From Bacteroidota bacterium (GTDB taxonomy: Bacteria; Bacteroidota; Bacteroidia; Bacteroidales; FEN-979), in contig JAPLDJ010000012.1 of the NCBI GenBank assembly GCA_026391805.1, positions 9,268 to 73,267 of the forward strand: DNA of 64,000 nucleotides. Reading direction: 5' to 3'. Below are positions 1 through 7,500 of the stretch, one piece after another (position 1 is the first letter of the stretch; every line of letters begins with the position of its first letter). The notes beneath the pieces are model-generated. The model saw only the letters and a program-made list of their open reading frames with translations, did no database searches and was not told where the DNA came from. The translations under genes were made by a program, and so were the position numbers.

Positions 1-1418
1 ACCTTTTCATCATCCTTCCCTTTGACTCCAAGAAAGGTCCCGTTTAACACGGTAGAGGTGCTGGCATACCAGTTATTTATACCAGTCATTCCGCCAAGTT
101 GGGCAACTTCTTTGGTTACCAGGTATACTTCATGACATTTCTCACCTCCATTGTCCTTCCATTTTACGCAATAAACATCGTAGTAATCTTTACCCGACTT
201 AAATTCAATTTTTACTTCTAGGCTACCCCCGTTTTGAAACTTAACAATGTATTTTCCATCTGAAGATACTACGTCATCAATACGAGTATCATGAATGTCC
301 ATATCTGGAGGATCGGAAGCAGCGGAAGAAGAAGCCTTGGCGGAACCGGAACTTGAAGAATATCCGCCAGAATAGGATGAAGAACCGCTATAACTTTCTG
401 ATGCAGCTGCTTCCCTGTAGTAATTGCACATGGCCTTTACTCCGCCTGCAATCAGCGCCGTAGCAATTGCAACGCCAAGAACCTGGTTTGCAATACTAGC
501 TTCGGAATTATTATAGGACTCGCTCGAACATTCACCGTCATTGCAATACATTTTTGTTATTTTTCCCCCTTGATTCAAATATCCCAGACCATTGGGTTTT
601 CCATTTACGATATTACTGCAGCTGAAATAACTGTCCTTCCCATTAAAATATACAGCTTTCCCGTTTACAGAACCGTTCTTGTATTCTCCGGTAATAATCT
701 GCCCGTTATCTTTTCTGGTTACGACACAATGGCCATCGGGAACGCCATTTTTAAATGAACCTTCGTATTTGATATAACTGAAATCGAAAACGGTATAACC
801 TTCAAATTTCCCGTTCACCGCATATCCTTTTGCATTACCACCCGACCATGACGCTTTGCCTTTGCCATTAGCATAACCATCCTTGCATTCACCATTCCAA
901 TGAACGTCAATAAAACGTTTGTCGTTGCAATCCCAAAGCATGCAATTTTCTTTCATGTTCTTTGCTTCCATACCCTTGTTTTCATTGGAAGAAACGGCTT
1001 GTTTTAATGGCGTAACATTTCCACTAAGATGAACGATCCTTGTTCCATAATTTGCAATGTTAATTGTGATATCATGATTAATGGGACCGGCGATCTTCGT
1101 GTTATAAGTTACTTCAAACGACTCCAGGATATTCTTTCTTCCTGCATATTTTATTTTATAACATTTGCCGCAATCCTGTTTATAGGTGAAAGATAGATCT
1201 CCGTTCATGTTGATAATATAAAATCCCTGCAGAGGAGCAACGGAATTCTGAACTACGGTGCCAAAGTCTAATGACAAAGGATAAACATCCTGTGAATAAG
1301 ATTCCGAAAGACCGAAAAACAGGCAAAATAATAACAGGTATTTCTTTGCATGAAAATTCAATGATTTCGCGTAACCTGATTTGCGACCTGTAGAGTCAGA
1401 GAAGTAGTGTGTCTTCAT
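1..1418 (-). CDS. MORN-repeat protein with signal peptide and one TM helix; C-terminus cut by window edge
   Basis: ATG at 1418 on the minus strand; frame spot-checked open at several places (not every codon read) toward base 1. Absent from the ORF track apparently because it runs off the edge. Hand translation: MKTHYFSDSTGRKSGYAKSLNFHAKKYLLLFCLFFGLSESYSQ (signal-like), then GYANGKGKASWSGGNAKGYAVNGKFEGY, YEGSFKNGVPDGHCV, GEYKNGSVNGKAVYF (MORN-like units), then VLGVAIATALIAGGV (TM), then a Ser-rich linker. Confidence 0.6.
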   Translation of the reverse strand, partial: MKTHYFSDSTGRKSGYAKSLNFHAKKYLLLFCLFFGLSESYSQDVYPLSLDFGTVVQNSVAPLQGFYIINMNGDLSFTYKQDCGKCYKIKYAGRKNILESFEVTYNTKIAGPINHDITINIANYGTRIVHLSGNVTPLKQAVSSNENKGMEAKNMKENCMLWDCNDKRFIDVHWNGECKDGYANGKGKASWSGGNAKGYAVNGKFEGYTVFDFSYIKYEGSFKNGVPDGHCVVTRKDNGQIITGEYKNGSVNGKAVYFNGKDSYFSCSNIVNGKPNGLGYLNQGGKITKMYCNDGECSSESYNNSEASIANQVLGVAIATALIAGGVKAMCNYYREAAASESYSGSSSYSGGYSSSSGSAKASSSAASDPPDMDIHDTRIDDVVSSDGKYIVKFQNGGSLEVKIEFKSGKDYYDVYCVKWKDNGGEKCHEVYLVTKEVAQLGGMTGINNWYASTSTVLNGTFLGVKGKDDEK

Positions 1419-1588
1419 ATTGATTGCAGTTTAAGGTTCCTTTTGCATTTCAATTCGTTAATAAGCCGCTCTTATTGAAAATAGCGTTTTTAATTGTTTT
1501 GGCAAATAGTTCAAGATTTTGCCACTTTACGATTTGCGCTAACTCCTTCTGCCAATATGTCAACCCCTTCTTCTATAGTGTGTATAAG

Positions 1589-1632
1589 GTAGCTATACTG
1601 TAGCTATACTGTAACTATACTGTAGCTATACT
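1589..1632. repeat. 4 x 11-bp tandem repeat GTAGCTATACT (third unit GTAACTATACT)
   Basis: Direct reading of 1589-1632. Confidence 0.95.
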
Positions 1633-1677
1633 CATTTTATTGGTGACAATCTGGCACCTCAGACCTTTTTCATCACT

Positions 1678-4041
1678 TTAAAGTGAATGTTGCTCTGTCC
1701 GTTGAATGATCTCATTCTGCAGATCTTCCCCGAGATCATTGAAGTAATCGCTGTATCCGGCCACGCGGACGATCAGGTCGCGGTACTTTTCGGGATGTTT
1801 CTGAGCATCGCGAAGCGTATCGGCGGAAATCACGTTAAACTGTATGTGATGCCCGTTCATGCGAAAATAACCACGGATCAGGGATGCCAGCTTCGGGATC
1901 GATTCTTCACCTTCAAAAAAGGAAGGGGTGAATTTCTGATTCAGCAGGGTACCACCCGTCCGGATATGATCAATCTTGGCAGCGGATTTCAGCACCGCGG
2001 TCGGACCTTTGCTGTCGGCTCCCTGGACCGGCGAAATGCCTTCCGAAAGCGGCTGTCCGGCCTTCCTGCCGTCGGGCATGGCGCCCAACACGCTTCCGAA
2101 ATAGACATGACAGGTCGTGGGAAGCATATTGATGCGGAAGGTGCCTCCCCGTGCAGTCGGCCGGCCGTTTACAGCATCATAGTAGTACTCAAAAACTGTC
2201 CGCGCCTGCTCATCGGCATAATCATCATCATTGCCGTATTTTGGAGTCTTATAGATCAATTCGAACCGCAGCTCTTCGAAATCCTTAAAATTCTGTAAAA
2301 TTGCCTTCAGCATGCCGCCCATGCTGATCGTCTTCCGGCCGAATACATGGTGCTTCAACGCCGTCAGACTATCGGTGATGCTTCCCAATCCGACACCCTG
2401 GATGTAGCTCGTATTGTACCTGGCGCCGCCAGCATTGTAATCCTTGCCGTTGGAAATGCAATCGTCGATCACGAGCGAAAGGAACGGAACCGGCATATAC
2501 CGGGCAAAGATCTTTTCAATGATGTTGTTTCCTTTGATCTTTGTGTCAATGAAATAATTCAGTTGCTGCGAAAAGGCCTTCAGCAATTCATCAAAGCTGG
2601 TAAACTCTTCCGCCGGACCTGTCTCAATACCGATCTTTTTCCCGGTACGCGGATCAGTCCCGTTATTCAGCGTAATCTCAAGAACTTTCGGAAGGTTAAA
2701 ATAACCGGTCAGGATATAGGCTTCAGTTCCGAACGCACCGGCTTCCACGCAGCCGCTGGCGCCGCCGTTGCGGGCATCTTCGATCGACTTCCCCTGCCTT
2801 ACCAGCTCCTGGACGATGGCGTCCGTATTGAAATAGGAGGGTTGTCCGAACCCGGTTTTTGTGATCTTCAGGGTTCTGTAGATGAAGCTGTCGGGGTTCT
2901 TCCTGCTTACCTGCACCATCGAGCCTGGCTGCAGCAGCCGCATCTCTTCGATAACATCCAGGATCAGAAATGTAAGTTCATTAACGGCATCCGACCCGTC
3001 CGGTTTTACCCCGCCAAGGTTGATGAGGCAAAAGTCGGTATAGGTATTGCTTTCAAGCGCTGTAACACCGACTTTCGGCGGTGCCGGGTGGTTGTTGAAC
3101 TTGATCCAGAAGGCTTCCAGGAGTTCGGTTGCCTGTTCCTTTGCCAGGGAACCCTTCTCAGTTTCATTTTTATAAAATGGGAAAAGATGCTGGTCAAGCC
3201 GGCCGGGGTTGAAGGAATCCCATGGATTCAGCTCGGTGATGACGCCCAGGTGAACAAACCAGTAATATTGCAAAGCCTCATGAAACGTACGCGGGGCATG
3301 TGCGGGAATATGCCTGCAGATGGCCTCCATCGATTCAAGCTCTTTTTTCCGGCTGCTGTTCTCTTCTTTTGCGGCAAGTTCCTTCAGCTTGTCAGCATGC
3401 CTGTTAGCAAAGGTGATCAGTGCATTGGCTGCAATGGCCATGGCAGTGAGTTCCTGTTCCTTATCAAAGGCATCCGGATCATTGGAATAATCCAGTTTCG
3501 CTTTTACTTCATTCACTTCCCTGATCAGGTCGAGCATGCCTTTTCTATAGATCTTGCTCCCGCACACGGTATGACCGGGGGCACGCTGTTCCTGGAATTC
3601 CGTGAAGATCCCGGCCTGATAAGCCTCGTGCCATTCCGGTGTCATGGAGCGCATGATCCGTTCCCGGTTGCTTCTGCCTTTCCAGAAAGGGATGATCTCG
3701 TCACGATATATTCTTCTTGTATCCTCATCCACCTTAAATGAAACCTTCTTCCTGGAATCAAGGATTTCAAGATCTTCTATTGAATGCAGGTTGATCTCCG
3801 GGTAAGTGGGTGTTGCCTTTGGTGCATGTCCGCGCTCGCCGACGATCAGTTCATCTTCATTTATACAGATGGATTTGTTTTCCAGGATGTACTCCAGGGT
3901 CTTTGCCCGCATTACAGATACAGACACCTGGGCTTCCAGCCCGGATTTGTAGATTTCTGTAACCAATTGCGCCCGCTCGGCTGATATGCAGTTAACGGCG
4001 TTCAGGCTTTGCTCACGGAGTTTCTTTATACGGTCGGTCAT
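1678..4041 (-). CDS. Glycyl radical enzyme, PFL2/dehydratase clade; best guess trans-4-hydroxy-L-proline dehydratase-like
   Basis: ORF track gives 1678..4059 with a TTG start; the first ATG at 4041 gives MTDRIKKLRE. RVAGYS glycyl loop (Gly codon 1756-1758), SGCVEAG thiyl loop, 787 aa. Confidence 0.9.
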   Translation of the reverse strand: MTDRIKKLREQSLNAVNCISAERAQLVTEIYKSGLEAQVSVSVMRAKTLEYILENKSICINEDELIVGERGHAPKATPTYPEINLHSIEDLEILDSRKKVSFKVDEDTRRIYRDEIIPFWKGRSNRERIMRSMTPEWHEAYQAGIFTEFQEQRAPGHTVCGSKIYRKGMLDLIREVNEVKAKLDYSNDPDAFDKEQELTAMAIAANALITFANRHADKLKELAAKEENSSRKKELESMEAICRHIPAHAPRTFHEALQYYWFVHLGVITELNPWDSFNPGRLDQHLFPFYKNETEKGSLAKEQATELLEAFWIKFNNHPAPPKVGVTALESNTYTDFCLINLGGVKPDGSDAVNELTFLILDVIEEMRLLQPGSMVQVSRKNPDSFIYRTLKITKTGFGQPSYFNTDAIVQELVRQGKSIEDARNGGASGCVEAGAFGTEAYILTGYFNLPKVLEITLNNGTDPRTGKKIGIETGPAEEFTSFDELLKAFSQQLNYFIDTKIKGNNIIEKIFARYMPVPFLSLVIDDCISNGKDYNAGGARYNTSYIQGVGLGSITDSLTALKHHVFGRKTISMGGMLKAILQNFKDFEELRFELIYKTPKYGNDDDYADEQARTVFEYYYDAVNGRPTARGGTFRINMLPTTCHVYFGSVLGAMPDGRKAGQPLSEGISPVQGADSKGPTAVLKSAAKIDHIRTGGTLLNQKFTPSFFEGEESIPKLASLIRGYFRMNGHHIQFNVISADTLRDAQKHPEKYRDLIVRVAGYSDYFNDLGEDLQNEIIQRTEQHSL

Positions 4042-4110
4042 AAGACAGGCAATAGGCAATAGGGTATTGTATTTACTGGCAACAAATTTAGGATATTTTG
4101 GTACAATCCC

Positions 4111-4225
4111 TTCGTGTCCTTTGAGTATCCTTACCTGACTTTGTGGTCAAATTTTAAAACATAACCACAAAGAACACAAAGGTCTTCACAAAGGCAAATA
4201 AGGACTTTATTGTCACCCTCCGATC
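4111..4225. repeat. CTTTGTG/CACAAAG-word palindromic element inside the operon spacer
   Basis: CTTTGTGGT (4139-4147) pairs with ACCACAAAG (4164-4172). The stretch 4161-4205 ATAACCACAAAGAACACAAAGGTCTTCACAAAGGCAAATAAGGAC is nearly the same as 18391-18435. Confidence 0.8.
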
Positions 4226-5016
4226 TTCACTATCATCCCTGTTTTTTCCAGTTCTTCTTTAAATTTCCGGATTTCTTCCATTGAAACGGCAGGAATATCG
4301 TCGTGCTGGTCAGTTTTGTTGAGGCGCTGGTATTTTCCTTTTGCCAGTGAATGGTAGGGGAGGAGGTCAATTTCCCGGATTCCCGGATGATACTTTTCTG
4401 CAAGTGCTTTCAGTGCATCTTTGTTGGATTTGCTGTCGGTGATGCTGGGAATACAGGGGAAACGGAGGATCACATTTTTCCTGTTCCCGGCAAGGAAATC
4501 AAGATTTTCCAGGATGATCTTATTTGAAACCCCTGTATACCGCAGATGTTCTGCATCATCCAGGAGCTTGATGTCGAACAGGAAAAGATCGACCTGATCC
4601 ATCATACGCCGGATAATTTTCTTCTCGGCAAATCCGCAGGTATCAAGTGTCGTTTGAAGATCTTCTGTTTTGCAGGCATGCAGGAGATCCAAAAGGAAGG
4701 CCGGCTGCATCAATGGCTCACCGCCTGAAAAGGTTACACCACCGGAGGATTCGTTGTAAAAGATGCGATCCTTTTCAATCTCGTTCATGACCTCTTCCAC
4801 CGTCATCCATTTTCCTGCGGTTTCTTCAAGGATAAAGTGGCGGCCATCAAGCGGTATGTTCCTGAAATATTTTTCGGGTTTGTCGAGCTGGCTCTCCGGG
4901 TTGTGGCACCAGCGGCAGCTCATCGGGCATCCTTTGAAGAAAACGGTCGTGCGGATGCCCGGACCGTCGTGAACCGTAAACCTGCGGATATCGAAGATCA
5001 GTCCCTTATTCTTCAC
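4213..5016 (-). CDS. Glycyl-radical enzyme activating protein (radical SAM)
   Basis: CPMSCRWC CX3CX2C motif near the N-terminus, GGEPL motif. GTG start overlaps the upstream stop by 11 nt. Confidence 0.9.
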   Translation of the reverse strand: MKNKGLIFDIRRFTVHDGPGIRTTVFFKGCPMSCRWCHNPESQLDKPEKYFRNIPLDGRHFILEETAGKWMTVEEVMNEIEKDRIFYNESSGGVTFSGGEPLMQPAFLLDLLHACKTEDLQTTLDTCGFAEKKIIRRMMDQVDLFLFDIKLLDDAEHLRYTGVSNKIILENLDFLAGNRKNVILRFPCIPSITDSKSNKDALKALAEKYHPGIREIDLLPYHSLAKGKYQRLNKTDQHDDIPAVSMEEIRKFKEELEKTGMIVKIGG

Positions 5017-6364
5017 AATAAAAACGGATCATGCGGATGATGGCTTCCCTGCAGACGGGGCAGAAACCTTCTGCTTCATTGCTTTTCATACGGCAATCCA
5101 TCACGGGGCTGAAAACACCTTTTGCCTCATAGCCGCCGCCTTCGAACATCCCGACCACATTTTTATACTTTTCCTCCCTCGGTGTAGGCATCGGAATACC
5201 CGGCCCGATCATGTTTTTCCACTTGGTATCAAAACCGACTTTTGTCGTAATGTTCGGTTCCCAGGGTTCTACCTTCAGGTTGTAAAAATCCTTGTACGTG
5301 ATCTCGGAAGTATAATATTCATCTGCAAGACCTGCAAAAGTATGCCCGAATTCATGCACCGATACGATTGGGGAAAGGCTGTGGTCGACCGTACTTTCAC
5401 CGTAGTGATTGTAGAAACCTCCTCCGCCGTATAATTTACTGTTGACAAGAATAAAGATCACATCGTACGGCACTGCGGCTGCGATGTCGTAGATTGCTTT
5501 TGTATTGCTCGTGGTCAGGTAACGGTCCATGTCGAAAGTATAGAAACTGCTGTTCAGGTCGGTATTGACATAGGTTTTTCTCCCGGGATCAGTCACTCCT
5601 GACTCTGCCGAAGGAGCCTCAACCGCATAAAAGTTCAGCCGGTCCCTGGAAGATGCATACGGTTCCTGGGTCAGGAAATACTCGCCAATCCGCTGTGCAT
5701 CCTTAAGGAATTTATCCATCTCTTCCTTTGTATATCCTTCAGCAATAAAAGCAACATCCACTTTCTTTTCCGGATCTCCGGAATCATGAAATTTAACGAC
5801 AGGATACGCGCTGATCTTTTTATGTTCAATGAAATAATCATTCGGATTAATGTAAAGTTCAAACAGCTTGCTGAATTTGCCGTCCTCGTATTTCCTGCGT
5901 TCGACCTGGAAACGGATGGTCTGCCTGGGGAATGGCATGACGGCGACCTGCTCAAATGATCGTTTAACCTTCAGGGCCTCTGATGTATGCTGCCATTCCT
6001 GGAACAGGTTGCAGAATCCCCTGCTGAAGATCAGCCTCCCTGAAGCCGAATCGTATGCGGCATAGCGGTAGGTCCCGTAATTCAGGGGATCGACCAGGTC
6101 TTTATGCGGACCGCCGTAATTGGGCTCAATCTTGATTTCATCCAGGTAAACACTTTCGGTTTTCGCATCGCCTGCAATATAATAATCAACGCGGAGGGTG
6201 TTCGGGAGGAAATTTGTTTCAAATTCCTTCTGTATCGTAGGATCATCCATTACTGCTGCAACCGCCCCGGTGTTGACTTGTACATTAATTTGCGCGTGAA
6301 CCGCAGAAAAACCTGCAACTACGAGGCATAGCATGACAGCTTTGGAAAAGAATCTGATTTTCAT
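5006..6364 (-). CDS. Secreted M64-family (IgA-peptidase-like) zinc metallopeptidase
   Basis: HEFGHTFAGLADEY zinc motif. Signal peptide MKIRFFSKAVMLCLVVAGFSAVHAQ. ATG at 6364 preferred over the GTG at 6370. Confidence 0.8.
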   Translation of the reverse strand: MKIRFFSKAVMLCLVVAGFSAVHAQINVQVNTGAVAAVMDDPTIQKEFETNFLPNTLRVDYYIAGDAKTESVYLDEIKIEPNYGGPHKDLVDPLNYGTYRYAAYDSASGRLIFSRGFCNLFQEWQHTSEALKVKRSFEQVAVMPFPRQTIRFQVERRKYEDGKFSKLFELYINPNDYFIEHKKISAYPVVKFHDSGDPEKKVDVAFIAEGYTKEEMDKFLKDAQRIGEYFLTQEPYASSRDRLNFYAVEAPSAESGVTDPGRKTYVNTDLNSSFYTFDMDRYLTTSNTKAIYDIAAAVPYDVIFILVNSKLYGGGGFYNHYGESTVDHSLSPIVSVHEFGHTFAGLADEYYTSEITYKDFYNLKVEPWEPNITTKVGFDTKWKNMIGPGIPMPTPREEKYKNVVGMFEGGGYEAKGVFSPVMDCRMKSNEAEGFCPVCREAIIRMIRFYCEE

Positions 6365-6390
6365 GATCACATTTTGGTTTCAATGGGTTG

Positions 6391-6398
6391 CAAAGGTA
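6391..6398 (-). promoter_or_regulatory. Bacteroidota -7 box TACCTTTG (TAnnTTTG)
   Basis: Reverse complement of CAAAGGTA, about 27 nt upstream of the M64 ATG. Confidence 0.45.
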
Positions 6399-6423
6399 AT
6401 GGAAATAAGCATTTCAGAAAACA

Positions 6424-6572
6424 AGGCTGTCAAAAGATGTTTTTACATCGAATTCTTCTCTGTGTGACTCTGTGTCTACTCTGTGAACCTCTGTGTAACA
6501 ATTTTTTATTTTATTTCATAGAGAACCACGGAGAATACACAGAGTTCCACAGAGGTCTTTTGAGACAACCTT
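6424..6572. repeat. About 150-nt nested hairpin element (CTCTGTG-word family)
   Basis: Outer arms are AAGGCTGTCAAAAG and CTTTTGAGACAACCTT. Inner arms are CTCTGTGAACCTCTGTG-type words facing CACAGAGTTCCACAGAGG. The right arm overlaps the DMT stop codon (6571-6573). Confidence 0.7.
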
Positions 6573-7449
6573 ATTTTTTTATTCGGATCTGAACAACGAT
6601 CATCCCTGCCAGCATCAGGAAACATCCGAAGAATGACCGTGTGGACAGTGTTTCATGGAGAATGATCCAGCCGCCCAGCGCGGCAAAAACCGCTTCCAGG
6701 CTGAGGATGATGGATGCATAGGCAGGATGGGCATTCTTTTGTGCCACCACCTGAAGGGTATAGGCAATCCCTACCGAAATGACACCTCCATAGATAATCG
6801 GAGCGGCCGCTTCAATAATTTTTGAAAATTCGATCAGCTCAGTGAGAAAAGCCACGGTCAGACAGAGGACGGCACATACGGCAAAATGGCCGGCCGCAAG
6901 GTGGAAGGAGTTCATCCTTGGCGAGAGCCAGCCGATCAGCAATACATGAAATGTAAATACAAAAGCACATCCCAACACGAGCAGATCACCGCGTTCAATT
7001 GAAAAACCGCTTTTAATGCTGAGCAGGTAAAGTCCTGTTGCTGAAAGAATGACTCCGATCCATATTACGGGCCTTGATTTATGGCCGAGAAAGTATCCAA
7101 CGATGGGTACAAGGACCACGTATAAACCGGTGATAAAACCTGCTTTTCCGGCTGTGGTTGTTTGTAATCCTACCTGCTGAAGTGATACTCCGGCAAATAA
7201 AAGAAGCCCGACGCCAATGATTCCCCAAAAACGCTGTTTCTTGCTAATCGTTTTAGCAGGATCTTCCGGTGTAAACTTTTTTCCGAAAAAGAGGAACGGG
7301 ACAAGAACCAGCACTCCAAGTGTAAACCTTACCCCGTTATAGGTAAACGGACCTACAAAGTCCATCCCCATGCGCTGCGCTACAAATGCAAAGCCCCAGA
7401 TGATTGCAGCCAGAAATAACAACAGGTCAGAGCGGAGTTTCGGGGACAT
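6571..7449 (-). CDS. DMT superfamily (EamA-type) transporter
   Basis: 292 aa, about 10 hydrophobic helices, duplicated EamA-like halves. Confidence 0.8.
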   Translation of the reverse strand: MSPKLRSDLLLFLAAIIWGFAFVAQRMGMDFVGPFTYNGVRFTLGVLVLVPFLFFGKKFTPEDPAKTISKKQRFWGIIGVGLLLFAGVSLQQVGLQTTTAGKAGFITGLYVVLVPIVGYFLGHKSRPVIWIGVILSATGLYLLSIKSGFSIERGDLLVLGCAFVFTFHVLLIGWLSPRMNSFHLAAGHFAVCAVLCLTVAFLTELIEFSKIIEAAAPIIYGGVISVGIAYTLQVVAQKNAHPAYASIILSLEAVFAALGGWIILHETLSTRSFFGCFLMLAGMIVVQIRIKK

Positions 7450-7500
7450 TTTGTTATACTGTTTGCTTTGCGCTACGCTAAGCTAAGCGCCTTTAGTTAT

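Noticed and set aside
2347-3741. 464-aa ORF antisense to the GRE gene. Similar long antisense or alternate-frame ORFs: 1687..2298, 13219..13935, 15729..16415, 16711..17160, 26613..27002, 27009..27515, 34884..35444, 41123..41899, 45384..45911, 46071..46637, 56670..57245, 57517..58164.
   Set aside because: Each lies wholly inside a gene with strong family motifs on the other strand or frame. Their translations are low-complexity or Arg/Pro/Gly-skewed with no motifs. They are typical shadow ORFs.
6374-6592. 72-aa ORF (..LLCVTLCLLCEPLCNN..). Related small ORFs: 17520..17771, 18148..18384, 18456..18677, 25196..25387, 27639..28061.
   Set aside because: These are translations of the intergenic word repeats (CTCTGTG, GTGAAAA, CACAAAGG, GCGATGG), so their periodic peptides are artefacts of the repeats.
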